This document shows, piece by piece, positions 31,245 to 40,469 of a stretch of DNA of 64,000 nucleotides. Source of the DNA: an uncultured Bacteriovoracaceae bacterium (GTDB lineage: Bacteria; Bdellovibrionota; Bacteriovoracia; Bacteriovoracales; Bacteriovoracaceae); the NCBI GenBank assembly GCA_964012805.1, contig CAXGUD010000019.1, positions 1 through 64,000 on the forward strand, in the 5' to 3' direction. Within the stretch, counting starts at the first letter, position 1; each line of letters starts with the position of its first letter. The position numbers and the translations under genes were made by a program. A model generated the notes under the pieces. That model ran no database searches and was not told the DNA's origin. It was given only the letters and a program-made list of their open reading frames with translations.

Positions 31245-32162
31245 TTAAAACCTGTATGACAGAGAGAAGGAGTTTTCCTTAATATCGGTAGGTTGGGTGT
31301 TTTTAGTTGTTAAATTGGTAGACTCTGTATTTTTCATTGCGAAGTCTATTGAAAGTTTAGGTTGTACCCAGCCTATTCCAATACCATTAGTTTTTTCATC
31401 TTTCATGTTGTCTAAGTTCGTACCCAGTCGCAAAAAGAAGTCTTCAAAAACTTTAATTTGAGCGGCAAATTTATACATTGATTCTCCTTCGAAATCCAAA
31501 TTATAATTGCCACCGATATCAGCCATTAGCGTTATGAGCCTTTTATAAGAGTATTGCATACCCAGGAGAGTGGGATAATATTCGACTCCTTTTTTGAAAG
31601 GATCTTTGATTGTAAAGCCAAATGAGAAAGACTCGTCGAGAATATGACTAAGTCCCAAAACAAAATGAGAGCTTTCGGAATTGTTATTAGCTTTTCTTTT
31701 TTTTGTAGTTGAGTAAGTAAGGCCTATTGCTGAGCTTTCTCCAAATGGAGAGGATATAGCAAAAGCCCAGCGTTTGCTCTGAGAATCTTTTTCTTTATAT
31801 TTATGATAGCTTGCAGAGCCTTTAAATTTGCCTTTAGAATCTGATGCAATGAATCCTATGTGGCTAGAGTCATCCATTAGCTTTTTTATTCCGTTTTCTG
31901 TAGTTGACGTTTTCTGGTCTGATCGTTGTATATAAAAGGAAGCTAGATTAAAAAATGCCATGGGTGCAGGGTTTAGAATTGTTGACTCATCGATTAAAAG
32001 CGATGCTACACCTGCACCTGCAGTTGACTTAAGTCGAGTTGTTTCAAAGTTGTAGGGGAGACTCCAGCTATTTTTACAAGCAATGCAAAGCAAAAAGGCG
32101 AGGTAGATTTTGATAGTTTGTAAGTTACGGGCTATATTTGAATAGTTTGTTATGCAATCCAA
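31245..32162 (-). CDS. Hypothetical outer-membrane beta-barrel (PorV/FadL-like N-terminus)
   Basis: Signal peptide, AGAGVAS..ILNPA motif, amphipathic strands, ends FSLSYRF. Confidence 0.7.
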   Translation of the reverse strand: MDCITNYSNIARNLQTIKIYLAFLLCIACKNSWSLPYNFETTRLKSTAGAGVASLLIDESTILNPAPMAFFNLASFYIQRSDQKTSTTENGIKKLMDDSSHIGFIASDSKGKFKGSASYHKYKEKDSQSKRWAFAISSPFGESSAIGLTYSTTKKRKANNNSESSHFVLGLSHILDESFSFGFTIKDPFKKGVEYYPTLLGMQYSYKRLITLMADIGGNYNLDFEGESMYKFAAQIKVFEDFFLRLGTNLDNMKDEKTNGIGIGWVQPKLSIDFAMKNTESTNLTTKNTQPTDIKENSFSLSYRF

Positions 32163-32215
32163 GAATCTTATCCTATTTATAAGCTAGCATTTCTTAAAAT
32201 TAAGAGGAAAGTATA

Positions 32216-33106
32216 ATGGAAATAAAGAAGGTCGTCATCCCTGTTGCTGGAAAAGGTACCAGGTTTTTGCCAGCAACGAAGGAATTACCAAAAGAGATGA
32301 TTCCTATTATTAATAAGCCCATGATCCAATATGTTGTTGAAGAAGCTATTAACTCTGGAGTTGAAGAGGTTATTTTTGTAACTTCTAGGGGAAAAGAAGC
32401 TATTGAGGATTACTTTTCTAGAAATAAAACCTTAGAAAAGTTTTTGGAAGAAAAACAGAAGTTTCCAGAATTAGAAATGTGTAAAAAAATAGGAGAGATG
32501 GTAACCTATAGAACGGTAATCCAAAACGAGCAACTTGGTTTAGGACACGCGATATTGTGTGCAGAGGATTTGATTGGAAGTGAAAACTTTGGAGTTATTT
32601 TAGGAGATGACCTAATTTTAAGCAGAGAACCTGTTCTTAAGCAGCTTATGGAGGTTTCAAAAATCAATAACGATAAATCTGTTATTGGTGTTATGGAAAT
32701 AGATCCAAGTGATACAAAGAAGTATGGTGTTATAAGCGGAAGTACTCTTGCCAATGACCCAAGAACTTTAAAGCTGGATGCGATGGTAGAGAAGCCTGAG
32801 CCATTAAAGGCACCAAGTAATTTAGCAACGCCAGGACGCTATATTTTTACACCCAGGATATTCAAGTTTTTGAAAGAGATAAAGCGAGGAGTCGGTGGAG
32901 AGTACCAGTTAACCGATGCAATTAATCTTCTTTGCCAGGAGGAGAAGTTTTTTGCTCATAAATTTAAAGGTGATAGATTTGATACAGGCAATATTCAGGG
33001 TTATTTGGAAGCTACAATTGAATTTGCCTTGCGTGAAGAAAATACAAGAGAAACAATGATATCAATAATTAAAGAGAAAGTTTCGCACTATAATTTAAGT
33101 ATTTAA
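32216..33106 (+). CDS. galU: UTP-glucose-1-phosphate uridylyltransferase
   Basis: VIPVAGKGTRFLPATKELPKEM, LGLGHAI, VEKP, GEYQLTDAI. Confidence 0.97.
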   Translation: MEIKKVVIPVAGKGTRFLPATKELPKEMIPIINKPMIQYVVEEAINSGVEEVIFVTSRGKEAIEDYFSRNKTLEKFLEEKQKFPELEMCKKIGEMVTYRTVIQNEQLGLGHAILCAEDLIGSENFGVILGDDLILSREPVLKQLMEVSKINNDKSVIGVMEIDPSDTKKYGVISGSTLANDPRTLKLDAMVEKPEPLKAPSNLATPGRYIFTPRIFKFLKEIKRGVGGEYQLTDAINLLCQEEKFFAHKFKGDRFDTGNIQGYLEATIEFALREENTRETMISIIKEKVSHYNLSI

Positions 33107-33116
33107 GGAAGATAAA

Positions 33117-34178
33117 ATGAAAAGGACTTTATTAATTATCTGTTTTACCTCTCTTTGCTGTTTTTCATCTGTCATGGGTGCTGTTCCAAACACGGAAGGT
33201 TTATTTAGAAACCCGAATAACCCAGACTTGGCCGGAAACTTTGTGGAAACAAATATTCTTTTTGAGGAGTTAGGCAATGAAGAAGATTCGAAAGGTTTAA
33301 ATTTGAAAATGGAAGGAAGGGCTGGTTTAATTAAGAGATATTTAAAGCTCATTTTTTCTGTTGATAAAGATAAAAGAATAAGGACGGTTCAGATTGAGTA
33401 CGATGGGAAAAAAATGAGGGATAGTGAAATAAGTCAGGTGACCTATTTTCCAAACCTTCTTTCAAAGTTAAAAAAAGATGCAAATTTATCTCGCGTATTA
33501 TTTTACTCGCAAATTTTTATGTTTGCTTTAAATGACTCTAGAGCGATATCGAACTTTTTTAAAAGAAGTAATAGTGATTATGAATTGAATAAAGAGCTTC
33601 TTAATATAGAAAAACTTGCTCTCTTTAAGAGATACAAGAGGTATTTGTCTGCGATCAGAAAAAACAAGGACCTAAAGCAGAGCATTAATTCGCCTTTACA
33701 AAGCTCCGATGATGAAAAGAAACTTAAAATTAAAGAAATTTTATCATCTAGGACATATAGAGAGAGTAATAAGGTTAAGTTAATCCGAGAAGACGGAAAG
33801 TTTTATTGGTCTCTTGATTTAATGAGAATCAAAGCCCTTTTTGAGAATAAAAGTCATCGTATAAAGAGCTTATTTTTAGAGACCAAAATAGGCAATATTT
33901 CCTATGAATTTGGAGAATTTATTTCTTTGAATGGTCTTCATGAACTTCCAAAATATATTCATTTTAAAGTTGCGGAAGAAAAAAAATACAAAATATCGTT
34001 CCTATCTTTTAAGAACTTTTTAAGTAAATCAAAGAAGAGAACTATTAGGCAGCGCTATAAAAAATGGAAAGAGAAATTGAAGCTATCTAGAGAAAAAAAT
34101 GTAAACAGGGACTTAATGACAACAACTGACTTTGATATTATTTCTCCCTCTCTGGTAAAGAAAAAATTTATCTTCTAG
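33117..34178 (+). CDS. Hypothetical exported protein
   Basis: Signal peptide ending VMGA; AAGGA RBS; no family recognised. Confidence 0.75.
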   Translation: MKRTLLIICFTSLCCFSSVMGAVPNTEGLFRNPNNPDLAGNFVETNILFEELGNEEDSKGLNLKMEGRAGLIKRYLKLIFSVDKDKRIRTVQIEYDGKKMRDSEISQVTYFPNLLSKLKKDANLSRVLFYSQIFMFALNDSRAISNFFKRSNSDYELNKELLNIEKLALFKRYKRYLSAIRKNKDLKQSINSPLQSSDDEKKLKIKEILSSRTYRESNKVKLIREDGKFYWSLDLMRIKALFENKSHRIKSLFLETKIGNISYEFGEFISLNGLHELPKYIHFKVAEEKKYKISFLSFKNFLSKSKKRTIRQRYKKWKEKLKLSREKNVNRDLMTTTDFDIISPSLVKKKFIF

Positions 34179-34194
34179 AGACCTTTATTATTTC

Positions 34195-36213
34195 ATGAAA
34201 AAAAAGTTTAGCCTAATCGCTGCAAACACACCTTTTAATAATTCTAAATTAATTTATGAAACTAGTTCAATATTTTCAAATTTAGAAATAGGAAAGTTTA
34301 TTTTGGTACCTCTTGGGAAAAAAAATATCTCAGGGTGTGTTATTGAAAAAGACTTGCGTGATTTAGATGGCTTAGATGAAAAAAAGATTAAATCTGCAAT
34401 TGCAGTAGTTGAAGATTCATATTCGTTAGATGAAGAAGAGGTGAAATTTTTAAAATGGGTTTCTATGTACTATCACTATCCTCTTGGTATGTTAATTAAA
34501 GATGTTGTCCCTAAGTTTTTAAAAAAACCGAGATCGGTAAAATCTCTTATCGGAAAAGGTAGAGAAATAACTTTTAATTTAAATAAAACTCAAGTTCAAT
34601 GTGTGAATAAAATAAAGAGTTTTCTAGGGCAAGGTTTTAGTAAGTGGCTTCTTCATGGAGTGACGGGAAGTGGGAAGACAGCAGTTTATTTTGAAATAAT
34701 AAAAAAGGTTTTTGACAGTGGACAATCTGTTTTATTTCTTCTGCCAGAAATAAATTTAACACCTCAGTTTTTAAAGTTTTTTCAAGAGCATTTACCTACA
34801 AAATTATACTGCTACAGTAGTGCTTTAAATAATTCAGAAAAACTACATATTTGGAAAGAGTTAAAAAGTGATCATGACCCAAAGGTGTTACTAGGAGTTA
34901 GAAGTTCTGTATTTCTACCTTTTAAGAGGCTTGGTCTTATTATTGTAGATGAAGAGCATGATCACTCCTATAAACAGGAAGAGAGGTGTCCATATAATGC
35001 AAGGGATATTGCCATAAAAAAGGCGCACTCGTTGGATATACCAATTGTTTTGGGTACTGCGACTCCTTCAATGGAGACATATTATAATTTTTCAAAAAGT
35101 TTGGAAGATAAAAAATTCTATTTAAAAATGGAGGAACGTGTCGGAGGAGCTTATTTTCCAAAAATTAATATCATGAACTCTAGCTCAAAAAAGGAACAGC
35201 TCCAATTTTTCAATTCACTTTGGCCATTCAATGAAGAAAGTATCAAGAAAATTGAAAAAGCTGTAGAGAAGGGGGAACAAGTACTAGTTTTCGTAAATAG
35301 ATTAGGTTTTGCGAAGTACATTCAATGTCACTCGTGTGGAAAACAGTTTGAGTGCCCAAACTGTTCAGTTAATTTAAAATTATTTCATTCTAAGAATGTA
35401 TTATCTTGTAGGTATTGTGAGATGTCTTTCCCAATACCAAGCAATTGTGATGTTTGCGGTAATTCTCAATTAATCCAAAGAGGCTTCGGGACTGAAAAAT
35501 GTGAGCAGGTTTTAAAGAGTTGCTTTCCATCTAGAAGAGTTTCGAGGTTCGATAGAGATGAGTTGAGAACATTTTCTCAAATTGAAGGACGTCTAAGAGA
35601 CTTTCATAGTGGGAATATTGATATTTTTGTAGGAACTCAAATGCTTTCTAAGGGACATAACTTTGAGAAAGTGAATTTAGTTGTTGTTTTGGGTGTTGAT
35701 TCCATGCTTAGCTCATCGGACTATAGGGCCCATGAGAAAATTTATCAACAAGTTAAGCAAATTAGCGGAAGGTCAGGCAGATATAGCAAGGAAAGCGAGG
35801 TATGCATACTAACATCCAATCCTGGGCATAATATTTTTAAATTCTTAAAAGATAACTCTTTAATTGATTTTTATCGTGAGGAAATCAAGGTAAGAAAAAA
35901 CTTGAGTTGTACTCCCTATTCAAAGTTTGTTAATTTATCCTTCACATCGAAAAATAGGGAGAAAGTTGTTGAAGACGTTTATTTTGCTTTAAGTATTCTT
36001 GAAAGTCTTCGCGATAATTACTTTGATTCAGTAAAAATTTTTAAACCTAGGGCTCACATCATAGAAAAGTTAGTCAATAATTATAATTGGAATATAACTT
36101 TGAGTGGGAAAAAACCTAGTGACCTTCACAATATAATTAATAGTCTTGCACTTAATTTAAAGAAAAATAATCTTCAGTTCAAAATTGATATTGATCCAAG
36201 TTACATAAATTAA
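34195..36213 (+). CDS. priA: Primosomal protein N' (replication restart helicase)
   Basis: HGVTGSGKT, DEEHD, four CxxC pairs, GTQMLSKGHNF, SGRSGR. Confidence 0.97.
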   Translation: MKKKFSLIAANTPFNNSKLIYETSSIFSNLEIGKFILVPLGKKNISGCVIEKDLRDLDGLDEKKIKSAIAVVEDSYSLDEEEVKFLKWVSMYYHYPLGMLIKDVVPKFLKKPRSVKSLIGKGREITFNLNKTQVQCVNKIKSFLGQGFSKWLLHGVTGSGKTAVYFEIIKKVFDSGQSVLFLLPEINLTPQFLKFFQEHLPTKLYCYSSALNNSEKLHIWKELKSDHDPKVLLGVRSSVFLPFKRLGLIIVDEEHDHSYKQEERCPYNARDIAIKKAHSLDIPIVLGTATPSMETYYNFSKSLEDKKFYLKMEERVGGAYFPKINIMNSSSKKEQLQFFNSLWPFNEESIKKIEKAVEKGEQVLVFVNRLGFAKYIQCHSCGKQFECPNCSVNLKLFHSKNVLSCRYCEMSFPIPSNCDVCGNSQLIQRGFGTEKCEQVLKSCFPSRRVSRFDRDELRTFSQIEGRLRDFHSGNIDIFVGTQMLSKGHNFEKVNLVVVLGVDSMLSSSDYRAHEKIYQQVKQISGRSGRYSKESEVCILTSNPGHNIFKFLKDNSLIDFYREEIKVRKNLSCTPYSKFVNLSFTSKNREKVVEDVYFALSILESLRDNYFDSVKIFKPRAHIIEKLVNNYNWNITLSGKKPSDLHNIINSLALNLKKNNLQFKIDIDPSYIN

Positions 36214-36237
36214 ATTTTATTTAGATAAATCCTTTTT

Positions 36238-36265
36238 TAAAATTTTTTGTAGGACATGCCGATAA
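36238..36265 (+). promoter_or_regulatory. Putative sigma28 (FliA) promoter
   Basis: TAAA 36238-36241, 16 bp spacer, perfect GCCGATAA 36258-36265, then AGGAG RBS and ATG 36286. Confidence 0.7.
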
Positions 36266-36285
36266 TATATATCAGGAGATATTAT

Positions 36286-38799
36286 ATGGCTGCGAGTTTT
36301 TTAAAGATTATAATTTTACTTTTTTCTGGTTTTGTTTTTATTAATGAATGCTTTTCGCAACCTAAAATTAATAGGGATGATCTATTAGATAAATTTAAAA
36401 AGACATATTGTTTAAGTGATCTTAATGACAAAAAATGTGAGGAGAAACTTGATGATAAAATGAAGGATGTAAGGCTTAGGTGTTACAGACTTACAGTAAG
36501 CCAGAAAGAATGTAACGATAGAGCTTTAGATAGTGTTGATAGCTTCTTAAAGTATTTAATTTGGAAGCGCAAAAGTAAAGGCCGAGCACCAGGTGAAGAT
36601 ATAAGTAAAAGGACAATAAGAAAAAACCAAGATAAAAATTGGAGTGATTTTGTAAATCATGATTTAGGAAAGCTTGATTTTGAGGGAATTGATAAATTTC
36701 TTTATCCTGAGTTGGAAAAGAATGTAGTTACAAATCTAAAAAATGAAAAATTAAAATTGAAGAAAGATTTGGAAGATACACGTGAAAAGTTAAAAAAAGT
36801 AAAAAAATCTAAAAATAAAAATGAAAAAGAACTGGAAATAGCATTAGAAAAAGAAAAAGAAGCTTTTGATAAGGTTAATGCCATTGAAGAGGTTGAAGAG
36901 AATGCTGAAAGCTTTGTACATAATTCTTTAAATTTACCAAGAAAAAAGTCTTGTGATCAGAAAATAGCTAATTTTGTCCCACTAAAATTACTCAAAGACT
37001 TAACCTGGAATAAAAAAGGAATTGATATCAGTGTCAAAACAGATCCTAAAACTAAAAAGAAAAGTTTATCAGTAACTATGCCGGACTATATTGAAAAATG
37101 TTTCCACCCTAAGGTTATTGTTAAAAAGGGTGAAGGCAATAAAATTTTGATTGCTGTTCAAAACTTAAATCAATCAATAAATTCTGGTAGAGAGTCAGGA
37201 ATTAAAAGAAGATTTGAGAAGTGTATATCAGATGAGTTGGTCGACCTTAAAAATCCTAGAGGGGATCATTTTCATAGACCATTTAAACTAAAAAACTATG
37301 CAAGGGATATTGACATTTCAAACGTAGATCCGTCTAAGGATATAAGGGTTGTGTATGGCTCCCCTAATAATTGGAACAAAAGTTCCTACAAACCCGATCC
37401 AATTTCAGATAATAATGACAAAGTAACTTTTAGAGGAGAGAAAAATAAGTGCCTGGAAGCACTTACTCAAGAAAATTTAAAAGAGGGAGGTTTAGATCTT
37501 TTGGGTTGGAAGGAAAGGAAGAAGCAATTGTATGAACTATGCAATAAGGACCTCAGCTTTTTTTCTTTAACTAATGTAATTAAAAGTTTGTCTGATTATC
37601 CAGATGAACTTGTTTCAGATGTCAAAGCCGTTTTAAGGTCTAAGCTAGATAAGAAGAGTTCTGAGCAGATGGAATTACTCAAAGAGTACGGTAATGAAAT
37701 AGCTAACGCGGAAACTAGGGAAGAAGCAAAAGAAAGTCTTGAAAATTATCTCAATGTTCTAAGGGATTTAGATAATTTTATTTTGAGGCCCAGTCTAAAA
37801 GAGTTAGAGAAGTTAATGAGTACAAGAAGTAATTCAAAAAATAGAAAGGAAGTTGATAAAAGAATCAAGGAGCTTAATGAAATAATAGGACGGTTTTCAA
37901 AAGGTAAAATTTCAAAAAATGGTTCAGAGAAAGAGTTAAAAACTAAAGACGTTCTAAAAAAGCTTCTTTATTTTGGTCTAGAAGATGGAGCTAATGAGAT
38001 CAACCTTTATAGACTTCACTCAAGTGCCTTTTCTCGAGTTTATAAGAAAGGCGGCCGTAAGAAGGATAAAGATAAAAAACAGGCCAAGAGGTTAACGCAT
38101 AAAGCAGCTTCAAAATTAGTAAAAAACGGACAACTCAAGTTTGAAAAAGGTTCTTCCTTTAATTCTAAACTTTATAAGGCCATGAATGGAGAAAAATCTT
38201 TTAGCCATATTAATAGGTCTAATATTAAAAATTATCAAAGACGAAGGCAGGGTATGTTAAAAAGTTTTTATGAAAAAGAAAAAAAATATGCCTCATATTG
38301 TCAGAGGTCTTTTTTCGGATTTATAAAAAATGCTAATAAATGCAAACGTTTTCAGAAAGGACAAAGAAGTCGTTATAGAAGAATTCAGTCTATGGTTAGT
38401 GGAATGGATAAAAAAATTAATTCAGAGCAAAAGATTGAGGCGCAGTTTAGGGCCCTCGAAAATAAAGCTAGAGATAAAAAAAGGGAAGAGTTGGGGAGAA
38501 GCTTTAAAAATATAGAGGATAAAGCTTTTTCAGATAGGCTAATGGAAGATGACTTTATGGAAGGTATTTATAAAGAGAGGTTGTCGTTTTTTGGAGATGT
38601 CTCTGAGGAAGATGATCCTTTAAAGCTCTTTAACGAAAACGACCAAGGGGAGGAGGGCCCTTCTGGAGTTTTGTATTATCCTCAGTTAATGAATAACTCT
38701 TCATTAGGGTTAGGAAATCCAACGGGAGGCTACTATAATCCAGGTTGGGGAGCTTCCTACTATGGAATCCCATTAAATAGCCCTCTTTACACGAGGTGA
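36286..38799 (+). CDS. Large hypothetical secreted protein, Lys/Cys-rich with coiled coils
   Basis: Signal peptide after ATG 36286, scattered Cys, helical charged tracts, G/Y/P-rich tail. Confidence 0.8.
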   Translation: MAASFLKIIILLFSGFVFINECFSQPKINRDDLLDKFKKTYCLSDLNDKKCEEKLDDKMKDVRLRCYRLTVSQKECNDRALDSVDSFLKYLIWKRKSKGRAPGEDISKRTIRKNQDKNWSDFVNHDLGKLDFEGIDKFLYPELEKNVVTNLKNEKLKLKKDLEDTREKLKKVKKSKNKNEKELEIALEKEKEAFDKVNAIEEVEENAESFVHNSLNLPRKKSCDQKIANFVPLKLLKDLTWNKKGIDISVKTDPKTKKKSLSVTMPDYIEKCFHPKVIVKKGEGNKILIAVQNLNQSINSGRESGIKRRFEKCISDELVDLKNPRGDHFHRPFKLKNYARDIDISNVDPSKDIRVVYGSPNNWNKSSYKPDPISDNNDKVTFRGEKNKCLEALTQENLKEGGLDLLGWKERKKQLYELCNKDLSFFSLTNVIKSLSDYPDELVSDVKAVLRSKLDKKSSEQMELLKEYGNEIANAETREEAKESLENYLNVLRDLDNFILRPSLKELEKLMSTRSNSKNRKEVDKRIKELNEIIGRFSKGKISKNGSEKELKTKDVLKKLLYFGLEDGANEINLYRLHSSAFSRVYKKGGRKKDKDKKQAKRLTHKAASKLVKNGQLKFEKGSSFNSKLYKAMNGEKSFSHINRSNIKNYQRRRQGMLKSFYEKEKKYASYCQRSFFGFIKNANKCKRFQKGQRSRYRRIQSMVSGMDKKINSEQKIEAQFRALENKARDKKREELGRSFKNIEDKAFSDRLMEDDFMEGIYKERLSFFGDVSEEDDPLKLFNENDQGEEGPSGVLYYPQLMNNSSLGLGNPTGGYYNPGWGASYYGIPLNSPLYTR

Positions 38800-38816
38800 C
38801 TTCGTTACTAGTTTTT

Positions 38817-40310
38817 TTAGAAAGTAACCCCTAAATTTAGTTGCATTGAATAGGAGTTAGCTAAAGCAACAGAGTCAGATGAATTATTTGTAAAGGCGTA
38901 ATAGTCGCCTGGCACACTGTACCCCAAGGAAGATCCTATTTTTATTTCGTTATTCCAGAGGTATGTGAAGCCTGCGTCAATTTCGAAGCCCATTGACTTG
39001 TCTTGGTTTAATGAGTTTCCAGTAGTGAAAGTTCTGTGGCTGGTATGATTATAAGCAGCTTTGCCGCTTTTAGCAGTTTCTATTGCATTGGCGTAAATAA
39101 AACCTATATCCCAAAACCAATTATCCATGGTGTAATTTGCATATAGCTTCACGAATTGCGCGTTGGTTATGTATGAATCATAAATGCTTTGAGTATCACT
39201 ATTTTTGACAGCTGAAAAATTATATCTAAATAAAATATTTGCAATTTGGTAGTTGGGGTGAAGGTAAAAAGCATTAAATTCGTCAGTATTACCATCTTCT
39301 CCGTCTATGGACCCGATTGTCGCTCCAAACGTCCATTTGTTATTATATTTATACTCTGCTTCTACAAGAATTGCTTTTGAGTTGAAGTCTGCGGAAGAGC
39401 TGGAGCTAAATATCTTTCCAATACTACCAGTAACAATAGGAACTTCTACCTCCAGTTTGAGGTTACCAAACATTTTTTTGAAATAAATATCAATCAGCTT
39501 AACGTTTGCTTCTCCGAGTGAATTGGCTGTTCCACTTATGCCAGACTTCATGGTGGCGTTTGATGATCCACTTACCTTTTTTCTATAAAGGAGGCCAAAT
39601 CCGAGGTCGTTTTCTGGGTTGTCATAGAGAATTGAAAAACCATATTCTGTTGTACTGGCGGAGCTGACAAGTTTATTTCCTGAGCTAAGCCTTGCCCAAA
39701 AGGGATCTATGTAAAAATTTCCAACTTTCATCTTGATGGTGACGCCATCTCGGGAGTAGAAGTGACGATCCCATAAGTTTTTACCGTCATTTATAACGGC
39801 GCCTAAGCCCCAGTGAGCTTTGTGTCTTCCAATAATGTATGTTGCTGTATCGGCAAAAAGCTCTAAGTATAGCTGATTTATGTTAAGAGCTTTTTCCGTT
39901 GTAGTATTGATGTTGTATAGGGCTCCTCCCATGTCCCCGACGAAGTCACCTGTGGCATCCTTTTCTCCATCTTGCTGTCCATTCTCACCAATTTTTCCGC
40001 CTCTTCCATAGCCTGTGGATAACTCTGCTTTTAGAGTAGAGGCATCATTCACTATGATAATGGGTTTTAAGCTTAACAAATAGCTTTGAAAAGAAGCCTC
40101 GGAGCTACCTGCATCAGAGACTACTTGAGAGCCACTGCCGACTGGTGATGCGATAGTACTGCCATCGGTCACTTTACGGAAGTTAGTTATAAGTGTTGTA
40201 TCGACACCGAACTTACCCTGCCAGTCAATTGGAAGAGCGCTTCCAATTATAGGGGTAAAAAGAAATAATATAAATGAAAAGAGCTTGATTCCATATTTCT
40301 TTTGTGGCAC
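38817..40310 (-). CDS. Outer-membrane beta-barrel protein (porin/alginate-export-like)
   Basis: Signal peptide, IIGRHKAHWGLG, GFEIDAGFTY, ends LNLGVTF. Confidence 0.8.
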   Translation of the reverse strand: MPQKKYGIKLFSFILFLFTPIIGSALPIDWQGKFGVDTTLITNFRKVTDGSTIASPVGSGSQVVSDAGSSEASFQSYLLSLKPIIIVNDASTLKAELSTGYGRGGKIGENGQQDGEKDATGDFVGDMGGALYNINTTTEKALNINQLYLELFADTATYIIGRHKAHWGLGAVINDGKNLWDRHFYSRDGVTIKMKVGNFYIDPFWARLSSGNKLVSSASTTEYGFSILYDNPENDLGFGLLYRKKVSGSSNATMKSGISGTANSLGEANVKLIDIYFKKMFGNLKLEVEVPIVTGSIGKIFSSSSSADFNSKAILVEAEYKYNNKWTFGATIGSIDGEDGNTDEFNAFYLHPNYQIANILFRYNFSAVKNSDTQSIYDSYITNAQFVKLYANYTMDNWFWDIGFIYANAIETAKSGKAAYNHTSHRTFTTGNSLNQDKSMGFEIDAGFTYLWNNEIKIGSSLGYSVPGDYYAFTNNSSDSVALANSYSMQLNLGVTF

Positions 40311-40374
40311 GAAATTCTCCTAAAGGTATTAATTTTTTGAGGTCAGAGCTCTTCCTCAAACTTTTAGGTTTATA

Positions 40375-40403
40375 AATATATTGAATAGACTTGGCTTAGT
40401 CAA
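40375..40403 (-). promoter_or_regulatory. Putative sigma70 promoter for the beta-barrel gene
   Basis: Minus strand TTGACT, 17 bp spacer, TATATT. Confidence 0.55.
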
Positions 40404-40469
40404 AAGAATGAGAGACACAAGTTTATGAAAGAGGCTTGTTTTTTAAAACAGGCTTTTTTTGAAGATTAT

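Noticed and set aside
40014..40022. Isolated perfect DnaA box TGTGGATAA
   Set aside because: Single copy inside a coding region; can arise by chance
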